A stretch of 64,000 nucleotides of DNA, from IMG/VR virus record IMGVR_UViG_3300021387_000688. One strand, 5' to 3'. Of this stretch, positions 1 to 7,706 are shown piece by piece; the first letter of the stretch is position 1; every line of letters begins with the position of its first letter. This DNA is from a virus. Taxonomy: Duplodnaviria > Caudoviricetes. Under the pieces are notes generated by a model, which was not told the origin of the DNA, ran no database searches, and was given only the letters and a program-made list of their open reading frames with translations. The position numbers and the translations under genes were made by a program.

Positions 1-1729
1 TTAAGTTACTACACCATTCGAATGCATTGTATTCGAATACTGCCCCTTGAGGTAAAATTACTTTTGTTATGTTTGTACTAGAGAAGGCATCGGCCCCTAT
101 GAAAATAGGGTTTTTTACTCTAGAGAAATCTACCTCTTCTAAGGAGCTATCTCGGAAAGCATTTTCACCTATAACTTTAAGATTTTCTCCGAATATTACT
201 TTTTTTAATTTTTTATTACCATTGAAGCAACTTGCACTAAATTTTTCTGCAGAAGGTTCATCAAACACTTCAATGTCTGCATTTTTCATATCTTTTATGA
301 GTCTACTAACACTCTTAACTTTTACCTGAGTGTTTCTAAAAGCGGCAGATCTTTGACTTAATAAAGTTTCATAATGTTCTGCAGTTTTTAGATTAGGACA
401 TTCTTGTACTATAGCTTTTCCATATTTGGTTTCAGGGTTGTTAGGTAATGTAATACTTTCAAGTTTTGAAGACTCAGAGAATGCTTCATTCCCAATAAAG
501 GTTACGTTATCTTTTATTGTAAGATGCCCTACCTCTGCATATTTAAATGCTTCGTTTCCAATGTATTCCAAGTCTTCCGGAAGTTCAAACACTGGACCCA
601 ATTCTGCAAATTCAAATGCTCTATCTTCTATACGTTTTACACTATCTGGTAATTCTGAGAAGTTTTCGAATTGGGCAGCTGTAAATGCTTGCTGAGATAT
701 TGTATTGCATTGTCTAGGCCAATGTATTTTATGTAACTCGCAAGATTCAAAACACCCTGAAGGTATAGTTTCTAAAACTTTTGGAAATCTTAAAATATCA
801 ATCTTTGTCTGATAAAAAGAAGCATCTTTCAAAGTAGAAGGTATTATTAATTTCTTAATATTGTCCCCTTCAAAAGCTGCTTTTGAAACTTTTTCTAATC
901 CTTCGTTAAGTACAATTTCATTGAAATCTATTTCTTTAAAAGAATTGCCCAATATTCTTTTTAAAGTGCTTGGACAAATCAAGTCCACTGGTGCTTTACG
1001 ATTGATATAATATTTCCACCAGTATTCGCTACTTGAAAAAGTAACTATATCTGTAATACCTTCCGGTATTTCCAATACATATTTGTCCTCAGTAAAACAT
1101 TCTTCTGGAGATGTCGCAGTGCCAATTACTTTAGTACCTCTACATAAGAATATTCCTTTCTTCTCGCAATAATTCCTTTTAATGAAGTTTTCAGGTAAAG
1201 CTAATACTTGTCGAATGTAAACGTCTATATCCGAAGGATATGAAGATGCAATGTTTCTTACAATATTGACTATGTTAGTTTTCTTAGGGGTAGCTTCAAG
1301 TAAACTATTTGCAACCTCCATTACGTCGCATATAGATTCCCCTAAGAATAATGATTTTCCATTATTTACTTTAATCAACTCCAATAATTCTTTTGGAGCT
1401 TTCAAAAGTTTTCCCAAGGATTTTGCATTATATTTATCCTCGCAAACAAATTCACCTAAATCAAATTTTACAAGGTAGCCGTCCGTACATTCTGAACCTT
1501 TAAAAATTTCTACTACGTAATACTTAGCGTCTACGGTATGTCTTAATGAAGTCTTAAAATCTTTTTCCCTGGAATGATAAGATATCTCATACCATTTGCA
1601 GTCTGGGATATCTTGGCCTACAGATTGTATATCCTGCCAGCTTTTTATTTCAAATAATTTATACTTTCCGTTATCATATATTGGTTTTGGATGCGCAAAT
1701 TGTTTTTCAGATTCTCTAAACTTTTTCAT
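1..1729 (-). CDS. BspA-type leucine-rich-repeat protein, paralog of the adjacent gene (runs off the window start)
   Basis: Not in the ORF track because there is no stop inside the window. ATG at 1729 overlaps the TAA of the upstream gene: MKKFRESEKQFAHPKPIYDNGKYKLFEIK..., then LRR_5-type repeats (LPDSVKRIEDRAF, LPEDLEYIGNEAF, IKDNVTFIGNEAF). Confidence 0.8.
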   Translation of the reverse strand, partial: MKKFRESEKQFAHPKPIYDNGKYKLFEIKSWQDIQSVGQDIPDCKWYEISYHSREKDFKTSLRHTVDAKYYVVEIFKGSECTDGYLVKFDLGEFVCEDKYNAKSLGKLLKAPKELLELIKVNNGKSLFLGESICDVMEVANSLLEATPKKTNIVNIVRNIASSYPSDIDVYIRQVLALPENFIKRNYCEKKGIFLCRGTKVIGTATSPEECFTEDKYVLEIPEGITDIVTFSSSEYWWKYYINRKAPVDLICPSTLKRILGNSFKEIDFNEIVLNEGLEKVSKAAFEGDNIKKLIIPSTLKDASFYQTKIDILRFPKVLETIPSGCFESCELHKIHWPRQCNTISQQAFTAAQFENFSELPDSVKRIEDRAFEFAELGPVFELPEDLEYIGNEAFKYAEVGHLTIKDNVTFIGNEAFSESSKLESITLPNNPETKYGKAIVQECPNLKTAEHYETLLSQRSAAFRNTQVKVKSVSRLIKDMKNADIEVFDEPSAEKFSASCFNGNKKLKKVIFGENLKVIGENAFRDSSLEEVDFSRVKNPIFIGADAFSSTNITKVILPQGAVFEYNAFEWCSNL

Positions 1730-3576
1730 TAAAAACTCCTATAAGCTTCTGGGAATACTTTACTCCAAGCCGTCTTTGGTAATATTTCAATATTATCTAT
1801 TTTAGTTAAATTATTATCAAATCTAAAAGCATCCCCTTTAAACTTTTTAATACCATGAGATAAGGTTATGTGATGTAAATATCTACATTCCCTAAAAGCC
1901 ATGGAACCTAATTCTAATAAAGATTCTGGGAACTTGATTTCTACTAATCCGCTTCTTGCGAATGCATTAAATCCTATAGCTAATAAACCCTCTGGCAATT
2001 CTATTTGTTTTAAAGCTGTGCATCCATCAAATGCACTTTCTTCTATAGTTTTTACACTTTCAGGTAATTTAACCCATTCCAGTCTTTCACATCTATAGAA
2101 AGCAGATTTAGGAATAGATTCTAATCCTTTACCTATTGCAATATGTGTTATAGATTTAGAACCTTCAAAAGTAAAATCCGTACAAGTACCTGGAATATAT
2201 ATTTGAGTTACTTTAGAATTGCTAAAAGCATTCCTTCCTATTTTCTTTAATCCCAAAGGTAATTTAATATCTTCCAAAGAATTGCAATAATAGAAACAGT
2301 TTGACCCTAATGTCAATTCTTCTACTTCTTTAGGGAAGATTACTTTGTTTAAGTTTTTACAATAAGAGAATGCCCCTTTTCCAATACGTGCAATGTTACC
2401 AAATACCACTTCTTCAAGATTAGTGAATTCCCTAAAGGTATTTGCATAAATGTATTTGAAGGTAGAAGGGAATGTAATTTTTCTTACATTTGCAAACATA
2501 GAAGGATCGTGTTTAGCAATGTTTAAGTTCAATGCTGTTGCACCTTCAGGTATTACCAATTCTTCATCTGCAGGTATCTTTATTACAATTCCACCGGAGG
2601 TCATTATATAATCATCAATATGGTGCAATTGTTTTTTAAAGAATGCGTTTCTGTGAGGTTCTCTATAAATTGCATCAATACCAGTATCTACTGGACCCAA
2701 TTCATCTATTATGTCTTGTAAAGATACTCCTAAGTAAATATGGTTAGGGTTGTCATCTACTATCTTTTCAAGTAATTCTCTAGGAGCCCCCGTTAACATA
2801 AAACCGTAATGAGCTTTATCGAACTTATCCATAAAGTCTATATGATCAGGGCTATAAACTAATTGCCAAGCTTCAACATATTTTCCATCTACCCAGTATT
2901 GAATTACATACATTCTAGAATGGTGAGAGGTAGTATATGAATCCCAATAACCCTTACCAGCGGCTGTACACCATTTTGTCTTGTAATGGGATGTTCCTTC
3001 ATATATAAAAGGCTCTATTCCTGAAGCTAATACAGAATCACCTTCTTGTGTTTTAGGAGAAAAGAGTTTCCAAGTTCCATCATCGTAAAGAGTATCATAT
3101 AAAAAGTTTTCTGAAATTCCCGATACTTTTCTACCTTTCTTTGCTCTACGGGCTGATAAATATTCTATTATATCGTGTTCAAGCTTGTGCCAATCATCAT
3201 AATTAAAACTATTATCTTCTATAATGTTTTCTAGGATTTCGGTCCACGAATCATCTTTAAACCATTGAGTTCCGAAAGCCTGGGATAAAGCTATTAAAGT
3301 ATCTGGAGATTTATTAATTGCTTCTTCCCATTTTTCAGGACCATTAAAGGTACATTTAACTAAAAAGATGATAGTTTCGTCACCTGCAATATTAGGATCG
3401 TCTCCTAATAGAGTTAAAGTGGCGTCTACTAAGTTTGCAAAATGATCTGGATCTTCTAACATCCAAGCAGGAATATATTTTTTACCACCGATTCTTCCTG
3501 CCAATTTTCCATTACTTAATATCTCTAAAGCGTCTTGGGAACTACGAATAGACCTTTTTTCCAATAAATGTTTCAT
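1729..3576 (-). CDS. Phage protein with an N-terminal TKWCTA-motif domain and C-terminal BspA-type LRRs
   Basis: Repeats such as LPESVKTIEESAFDGCTALKQIELPEGLLAIGFNAF; upstream ACTAAATA late-type motif. Confidence 0.85.
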   Translation of the reverse strand: MKHLLEKRSIRSSQDALEILSNGKLAGRIGGKKYIPAWMLEDPDHFANLVDATLTLLGDDPNIAGDETIIFLVKCTFNGPEKWEEAINKSPDTLIALSQAFGTQWFKDDSWTEILENIIEDNSFNYDDWHKLEHDIIEYLSARRAKKGRKVSGISENFLYDTLYDDGTWKLFSPKTQEGDSVLASGIEPFIYEGTSHYKTKWCTAAGKGYWDSYTTSHHSRMYVIQYWVDGKYVEAWQLVYSPDHIDFMDKFDKAHYGFMLTGAPRELLEKIVDDNPNHIYLGVSLQDIIDELGPVDTGIDAIYREPHRNAFFKKQLHHIDDYIMTSGGIVIKIPADEELVIPEGATALNLNIAKHDPSMFANVRKITFPSTFKYIYANTFREFTNLEEVVFGNIARIGKGAFSYCKNLNKVIFPKEVEELTLGSNCFYYCNSLEDIKLPLGLKKIGRNAFSNSKVTQIYIPGTCTDFTFEGSKSITHIAIGKGLESIPKSAFYRCERLEWVKLPESVKTIEESAFDGCTALKQIELPEGLLAIGFNAFARSGLVEIKFPESLLELGSMAFRECRYLHHITLSHGIKKFKGDAFRFDNNLTKIDNIEILPKTAWSKVFPEAYRSF

Positions 3577-3593
3577 AATAATTATTTAGTATA

Positions 3594-3623
3594 GAAAACT
3601 TCATCTTCGAAAAAAGCTATATT
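3594..3623 (+). promoter_or_regulatory. Class I phage promoter GAAA-N19-CTATATT
   Basis: The same bipartite motif with 19-nt spacing recurs at about ten intergenic sites. Confidence 0.7.
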
Positions 3624-3654
3624 ATAATTGTAATTAATTATTAGTTGTTTATTT

Positions 3655-4038
3655 ATGGAAGGGTGTCTAGATGAGAACCATCGAACGATATCCATAAAGA
3701 AGGTTGATAATCCGCAAGGGCACTAATGGACAATCATTGATTGTACTGCGCGGCGGCCTAACAACTTAACTCATTAAGTTGAAAACGGCGTACAAGGCTG
3801 ATAGATGTCGTGGCCAGGTAACAACACTGATGAGATGCAAAAATTGCCATACTAGGTTTTTTCAGAAACTGAAAGAAAGATTTAATCTTTTGTATGCACA
3901 TTGAAATGTTGCTGAAACAACATGATTTGCGAGTGGACGTTCGCGAGGCGCACCTAACCACAATAAAAAGAAGCCCTATGGTAGCTTAGCGCGAGGTTAA
4001 GTGAGAGTAAGGAAACTTTAATAGGACGAGCCTGCTTT
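3655..4038 (+). ncRNA. Unassigned large structured RNA candidate
   Basis: GC-richer non-coding stretch behind a class I promoter, with hairpins CAATC/GATTG, CAACTTAA/TTAAGTTG, TTTCAG/CTGAAA, ATGTTG/CAACAT, TTGCGAG/TTCGCGA. Confidence 0.55.
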
Positions 4039-4041
4039 GTA

Positions 4042-4071
4042 GAAAACTATAGCTTTGAAAAAAGCTATATT
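4042..4071 (+). promoter_or_regulatory. Class I phage promoter driving the tRNA-like RNA
   Basis: GAAA-actatagctttgaaaaaag-CTATATT. Confidence 0.7.
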
Positions 4072-4101
4072 AAATATACAGTAATTAATAATTACTTAAA
4101 T

Positions 4102-4185
4102 GGGCTAGTCAGTTAACGGCTAGGCTCTACGTTAAAGCCGATAGTGGAAAGCGTAGGAATGTGGGTTCGAATCCCATCTAGTCCA
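4102..4185 (+). tRNA. tRNA-like element with no canonical anticodon loop; G3-U70 and A73
   Basis: Acceptor GGGCTAG/CTAGTCC+A; T arm GTGGG-TTCGAAT-CCCAT; weak D stem AGTT/GGCT; CTACG/CGTAG stem closing an 18-20-nt loop; no encoded CCA. Confidence 0.65.
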
Positions 4186-4455
4186 TCCTCAAAACCGTCG
4201 TCCTAAGTTCGTACTAGGACATTTGAGAAGAGTGAGAAGCTGTTTGACGGTTAACTGAAGGCTTCCGCCAATTCGGTTCAGATGTTTTATGTGGGTTTCC
4301 GCAAGGCATTTGTTAAGAGAGTAAAGGAGTTTAAGCTTTGCGATGTTAGTATTGTAAGGTTTCCTGAACTTTAAGAATTGGTCGCTCCTGGGTTTTTATT
4401 ACCTCTTATTATAGTCATCCAGGAGTGGTTCTCAAAATCATTTTGAGATTTTTTT
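4186..4455 (+). ncRNA. Structured RNA (pseudoknot plus hairpins) ending in a terminator
   Basis: Crossing helices CTCAAA/TTTGAG and ACCGTC/GACGGT; GCTCCTGG/CCAGGAGT hairpin with TTACCTCTT in its loop; TCTCAAAA/TTTTGAGA followed by a T-run. Confidence 0.5.
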
Positions 4456-4671
4456 ATCCGGTCCCGGTATTGGGATGCGAGTCCGGTTTATCCGGTATTT
4501 ATGCGGTCGGCTCACGGAGTGAAAAACTTAAGATTCGTCTTCGGAAACGGATTCGGAATCTGAGGCCCTAATAGTTAAACGTCTTTTCACCGCGAAGATT
4601 GATACTATGGGAGTCTCCGTATTTGTACCTCCTGAAGGGTCCTCTTACGTCGTAAGGGGGCCTTTCTTTTT
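4456..4671 (+). ncRNA. Structured sRNA with a 3' anti-SD module and terminator
   Basis: Multi-stem region closed by ACGGAG/CTCCGT, then ATTTGTACCTCC and a 14-bp terminator stem (three G-U pairs fix the + strand) followed by a T-rich tract. Confidence 0.6.
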
Positions 4672-4693
4672 GGTAAAATTTTTTAACATTTTT

Positions 4694-4723
4694 GAAACTT
4701 TAGAATCCAAAGAAAGCTATATT
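4694..4723 (+). promoter_or_regulatory. Class I phage promoter
   Basis: GAAA-N19-CTATATT upstream of RBS AGGAGGTACGAA-ATG. Confidence 0.7.
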
Positions 4724-4747
4724 ATAAGTGTACGTAGGAGGTACGAA

Positions 4748-4990
4748 ATGGCAAAAGCAAAGGAATATACAATCATTAAATATCACCGTGGCCGCGAATC
4801 TGAAGTAACTGGTACTCTTGAATATCTTAAGAAATATTTCGGCTATACGCTTGAATGTGGTCATAGCTGGAATCGTAGAATCAATCCAGATCCAAAAACA
4901 TTTAAGTCGCTTGTAAATGCATTGAATGCAAGTGTAAGAGAAACACAGGGCTCTTGTTGGGATCCTGATCACTACAGTATTCCAGAGTAA
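4748..4990 (+). CDS. Hypothetical protein (80 aa)
   Basis: Start moved to ATG 4748 (strong SD). The longer ORF in the track runs through the terminator. Confidence 0.75.
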   Translation: MAKAKEYTIIKYHRGRESEVTGTLEYLKKYFGYTLECGHSWNRRINPDPKTFKSLVNALNASVRETQGSCWDPDHYSIPE

Positions 4991-5042
4991 GCGATTTTTC
5001 AAATCACTAATTTTTTAATATAATAGAATAAGAGGAATATAG

Positions 5043-6041
5043 ATGAACACTACAGGTTATTCAAATCAAGAAATCAGCGGAATGGTTCCAATTGAGAAAA
5101 TCATTGAACCTCAGTATAAAGCACAGGCTAAGCAGTATGCAGAATATCTCAACTCAATTACATTGACAGGTAATAAGAGCCGTACAAATCGTACACCAGA
5201 AGATATGCAGAAGGATGCAGAAGCAATTGATATCCTTCATCAGTTGCAGGAATGTAACGATCCAGCTTTGGCATATGGATTTATGCTTTACGATGAAGCC
5301 CATATCGTTAAAATCTATTGGGCAAAACGTTGTGGTAAGTTGCGCCAGAACAAAGCTGAGTTCTTCAATCAGGATGTTTACTTGCAGTGGTTAACTCAGA
5401 TCTTTGCAACTTTGAACGGGGATCATGAAAAGTTCCATGATCCACTTTACTTCTATAAATTGAATTCAACTGCTACAAGATCAGGAAAGAAAGTAGGTGA
5501 CTACGATGTTATGAACAGTTTCCGTACTCACTGGAATATGTACTTCCTTCCAATCTTGGCTCAGTATCTTTTCAAACTTGATCAGTTGGAATTTGAAGGA
5601 GGAGCAGTTTCAATTGAAGCTTCTCTTGAAAACGAAGATGGTGGACATCACTTGGATGCTGAACTTGCTAAGAATGCAAAAACAGTTTGGAGCGTTGAAC
5701 AGCAGGATACTTTTGATGAAGTAGAAGCTTTCCTCAAAACATTCCTTAAAGCTCCTTTGAATCAGCCAATTCCTGTAAAAGCAGGTTCACGTAGCGCCGG
5801 TGTAACATATACAGATGTAATGAAAGCTATCGTACATGCTTCAGTTTCATCTGCAGCAGGTTTGCGTTCTGAATTAGGATTGTCAATGTCTATCCTTAAC
5901 AGAACAACTGAATATATTTACCGTTTGATTGAAAAACGCGGATTGACAATTCAAGATTTTGCTGATTATCTTTCAAGTTACTCAACAGTAGCTATTGATA
6001 TCTTGGATGGTAAACCAAACTCATTCCGCATGGTAGAATAG
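5043..6041 (+). CDS. Possible divergent sigma-factor-like / HTH protein
   Basis: VSIEASLENEDG resembles sigma region 3.2; AGLRSELGLSMSILNR resembles a C-terminal HTH; biased codon usage suggests high expression. Confidence 0.35.
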   Translation: MNTTGYSNQEISGMVPIEKIIEPQYKAQAKQYAEYLNSITLTGNKSRTNRTPEDMQKDAEAIDILHQLQECNDPALAYGFMLYDEAHIVKIYWAKRCGKLRQNKAEFFNQDVYLQWLTQIFATLNGDHEKFHDPLYFYKLNSTATRSGKKVGDYDVMNSFRTHWNMYFLPILAQYLFKLDQLEFEGGAVSIEASLENEDGGHHLDAELAKNAKTVWSVEQQDTFDEVEAFLKTFLKAPLNQPIPVKAGSRSAGVTYTDVMKAIVHASVSSAAGLRSELGLSMSILNRTTEYIYRLIEKRGLTIQDFADYLSSYSTVAIDILDGKPNSFRMVE

Positions 6042-6061
6042 TTAAAACAAAGTTTCATAAT

Positions 6062-6091
6062 AAGGTAGATACAAAAGTATCTACCTTTTTT
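6062..6091 (+). terminator. Rho-independent terminator
   Basis: AAGGTAGATAC-AAAA-GTATCTACCTT followed by a T-run. Confidence 0.8.
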
Positions 6092-6139
6092 ATTGCCCTT
6101 TTCTATATTATAAATAAAATATTGAAGAGGTATAATGCC

Positions 6140-6721
6140 ATGTATAGTACAATACGTTTACAACCTTTCGATGAAAAACATATTACGGAAGAAATAGAAT
6201 TCTTATTAAGGGTTGCAGCAAATAACAAAAAAGTAAAAGATTGTTATGATAAGTTGGGTGGATTAGATAGGTGCCTAAACTTCTGTAAAAAGAATTACTT
6301 TGCAATTATTCCTATAAATTATGATTTGTGGGATTCTATGAATTTCATTGAGAAGAGGCAAGTTAGACAACTTAAAAACTTATATAAATACCCACAGTTG
6401 TTTGACAAATTGTTTATAATCATTTTTGTTAATGAAGCAACTTTATCTACTTTGGATAAAAACATTTCCAAGTATTTCGAAAAAGGGTATAGAGAAAATC
6501 ATTTACAGATAGTTTGTACAGAATCTGAAAGATACGGATCTTATGAATACGTAATCCAGGGTATTAGCTCTAAACAAATCGTTTGGAAAAAATATGAAGG
6601 CCCTGAAACTTTAAGTAAAGTAATTACAAACATTTTGAAAACAATCTCTAAAAAAGATAATAGTAAAGATTTGCAATCAATAATTGTGCAGTACAGTGCT
6701 GGCACATCTGCGGTATCCTAA
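6140..6721 (+). CDS. Hypothetical protein
   Basis: CTATATT promoter and GAGG SD; in-frame ATG at 6140. Confidence 0.65.
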   Translation: MYSTIRLQPFDEKHITEEIEFLLRVAANNKKVKDCYDKLGGLDRCLNFCKKNYFAIIPINYDLWDSMNFIEKRQVRQLKNLYKYPQLFDKLFIIIFVNEATLSTLDKNISKYFEKGYRENHLQIVCTESERYGSYEYVIQGISSKQIVWKKYEGPETLSKVITNILKTISKKDNSKDLQSIIVQYSAGTSAVS

Positions 6722-6748
6722 CTATAATAATTTAAAGGAAAAAATTAA

Positions 6749-7675
6749 ATGCCAACAAATATTTCAGTATCAAAAAAGAAATGTTTCGAGGGATGTAAAC
6801 TTCAGTTTAAGTATCAATATATTGATCATATTAAACCAGTAGAAGATGTTACACCTGACGTTACACAGAAAGGTCTGGTAATGCACCAGACATTCGAACA
6901 TCTGCTTCAGTTTGAAAATTATGAAGGGGATGTAGCAAAATTACCTTATCGCCAGGCGTCTACGGAAGACATTATGAAGATCTTCCAGAAAGCAGTAGAA
7001 GAAAATCACCTAACTGCAGAAGCCGCTAAGAAGTATAAACTTAAGAAAGGTATTAAAAGATGGTTATCGTTTAAGCACGATTATATGGATAAGAGAGGAC
7101 ATATCTTTTATGCAGAAAAGAAGTATGAAGAGTACTTGTTTGGAGAAACAAAAACAACAGCTATTCTCGACTTGGTAGAAGATAACGGGGACGGAACTTA
7201 CAACATCTATGACTATAAGACCCCTCAGAAAGTTAACTTGAAGTTGTACGAAGAGCAGTTGATGACTTATGCATATATGATGGCCGTAGTTAAAGGAATT
7301 ATTCCTCTCAACTCAGAAGATTATGATAAGGTTGCAGAACATTTTAAGCTTTATGTATTCTTCCCATTGTTAGATGCAGACCATGAAGATTATGGTCCAA
7401 GTCTTAAGCAAGTAAAGTTTACAGGTGCAAAAGTTAAAAACACAATTGAGCATTTGAAAGAAGTTTGTTCACAGATTGATGCATTTGACTTTACAAAACC
7501 TGCAGAAGCTTTGATGCCTCCAAAGGTTGAGTTTACTTGTAACTGGTGTAGCTTCTGCGGGGCGAAACCAAATCCTGAAATTGGATTTGAAGGTTGCCCA
7601 ATAACTTCTTTTGCAGGATTCTTACAAAAAACGGAATTCAAAAAGGAAGAGTATAAAAAAGAAGAAAAGAAATAA
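6749..7675 (+). CDS. PD-(D/E)XK Cas4/RecB-like exonuclease
   Basis: ILDLV...IYDYKT...QLMTYA motifs; N-terminal Cys plus C-terminal CNWCSFC...C cluster. Confidence 0.85.
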   Translation: MPTNISVSKKKCFEGCKLQFKYQYIDHIKPVEDVTPDVTQKGLVMHQTFEHLLQFENYEGDVAKLPYRQASTEDIMKIFQKAVEENHLTAEAAKKYKLKKGIKRWLSFKHDYMDKRGHIFYAEKKYEEYLFGETKTTAILDLVEDNGDGTYNIYDYKTPQKVNLKLYEEQLMTYAYMMAVVKGIIPLNSEDYDKVAEHFKLYVFFPLLDADHEDYGPSLKQVKFTGAKVKNTIEHLKEVCSQIDAFDFTKPAEALMPPKVEFTCNWCSFCGAKPNPEIGFEGCPITSFAGFLQKTEFKKEEYKKEEKK

Positions 7676-7677
7676 TT

Positions 7678-7703
7678 AAAAGGCTCCTTACGGAGCCTTT
7701 TTT
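7678..7703. terminator. Bidirectional terminator
   Basis: AAAAGGCTCC-TTAC-GGAGCCTTTT between convergent genes. Confidence 0.8.
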
Positions 7704-7706
7704 ACT

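Noticed and set aside
69-1805. Short + strand ORFs in the track (and similar antisense ORFs throughout)
   Set aside because: They are shadows of longer opposite-strand genes and lack an RBS or recognisable motifs.
3826-3875. Hammerhead ribozyme (CTGATGAG)
   Set aside because: I could not find a stem II closing directly onto GAAA with matching stems I and III.
4186-4255. tRNA-associated HDV-like (theta) ribozyme
   Set aside because: The helix order is similar, but the P3/L3 element is a long hairpin and the G-start and catalytic core do not fit.
3655-4320. tmRNA or RNase P RNA
   Set aside because: No T-arm/acceptor end closes the large RNA, candidate tag frames do not end in an AA-type degron, and the RNase P GAGGAAAGUCC core is absent.
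6749-7675. CRISPR-Cas locus (Cas4-like gene)
   Set aside because: No repeat-spacer array or other cas genes were seen; stand-alone Cas4-like nucleases are common in phages.
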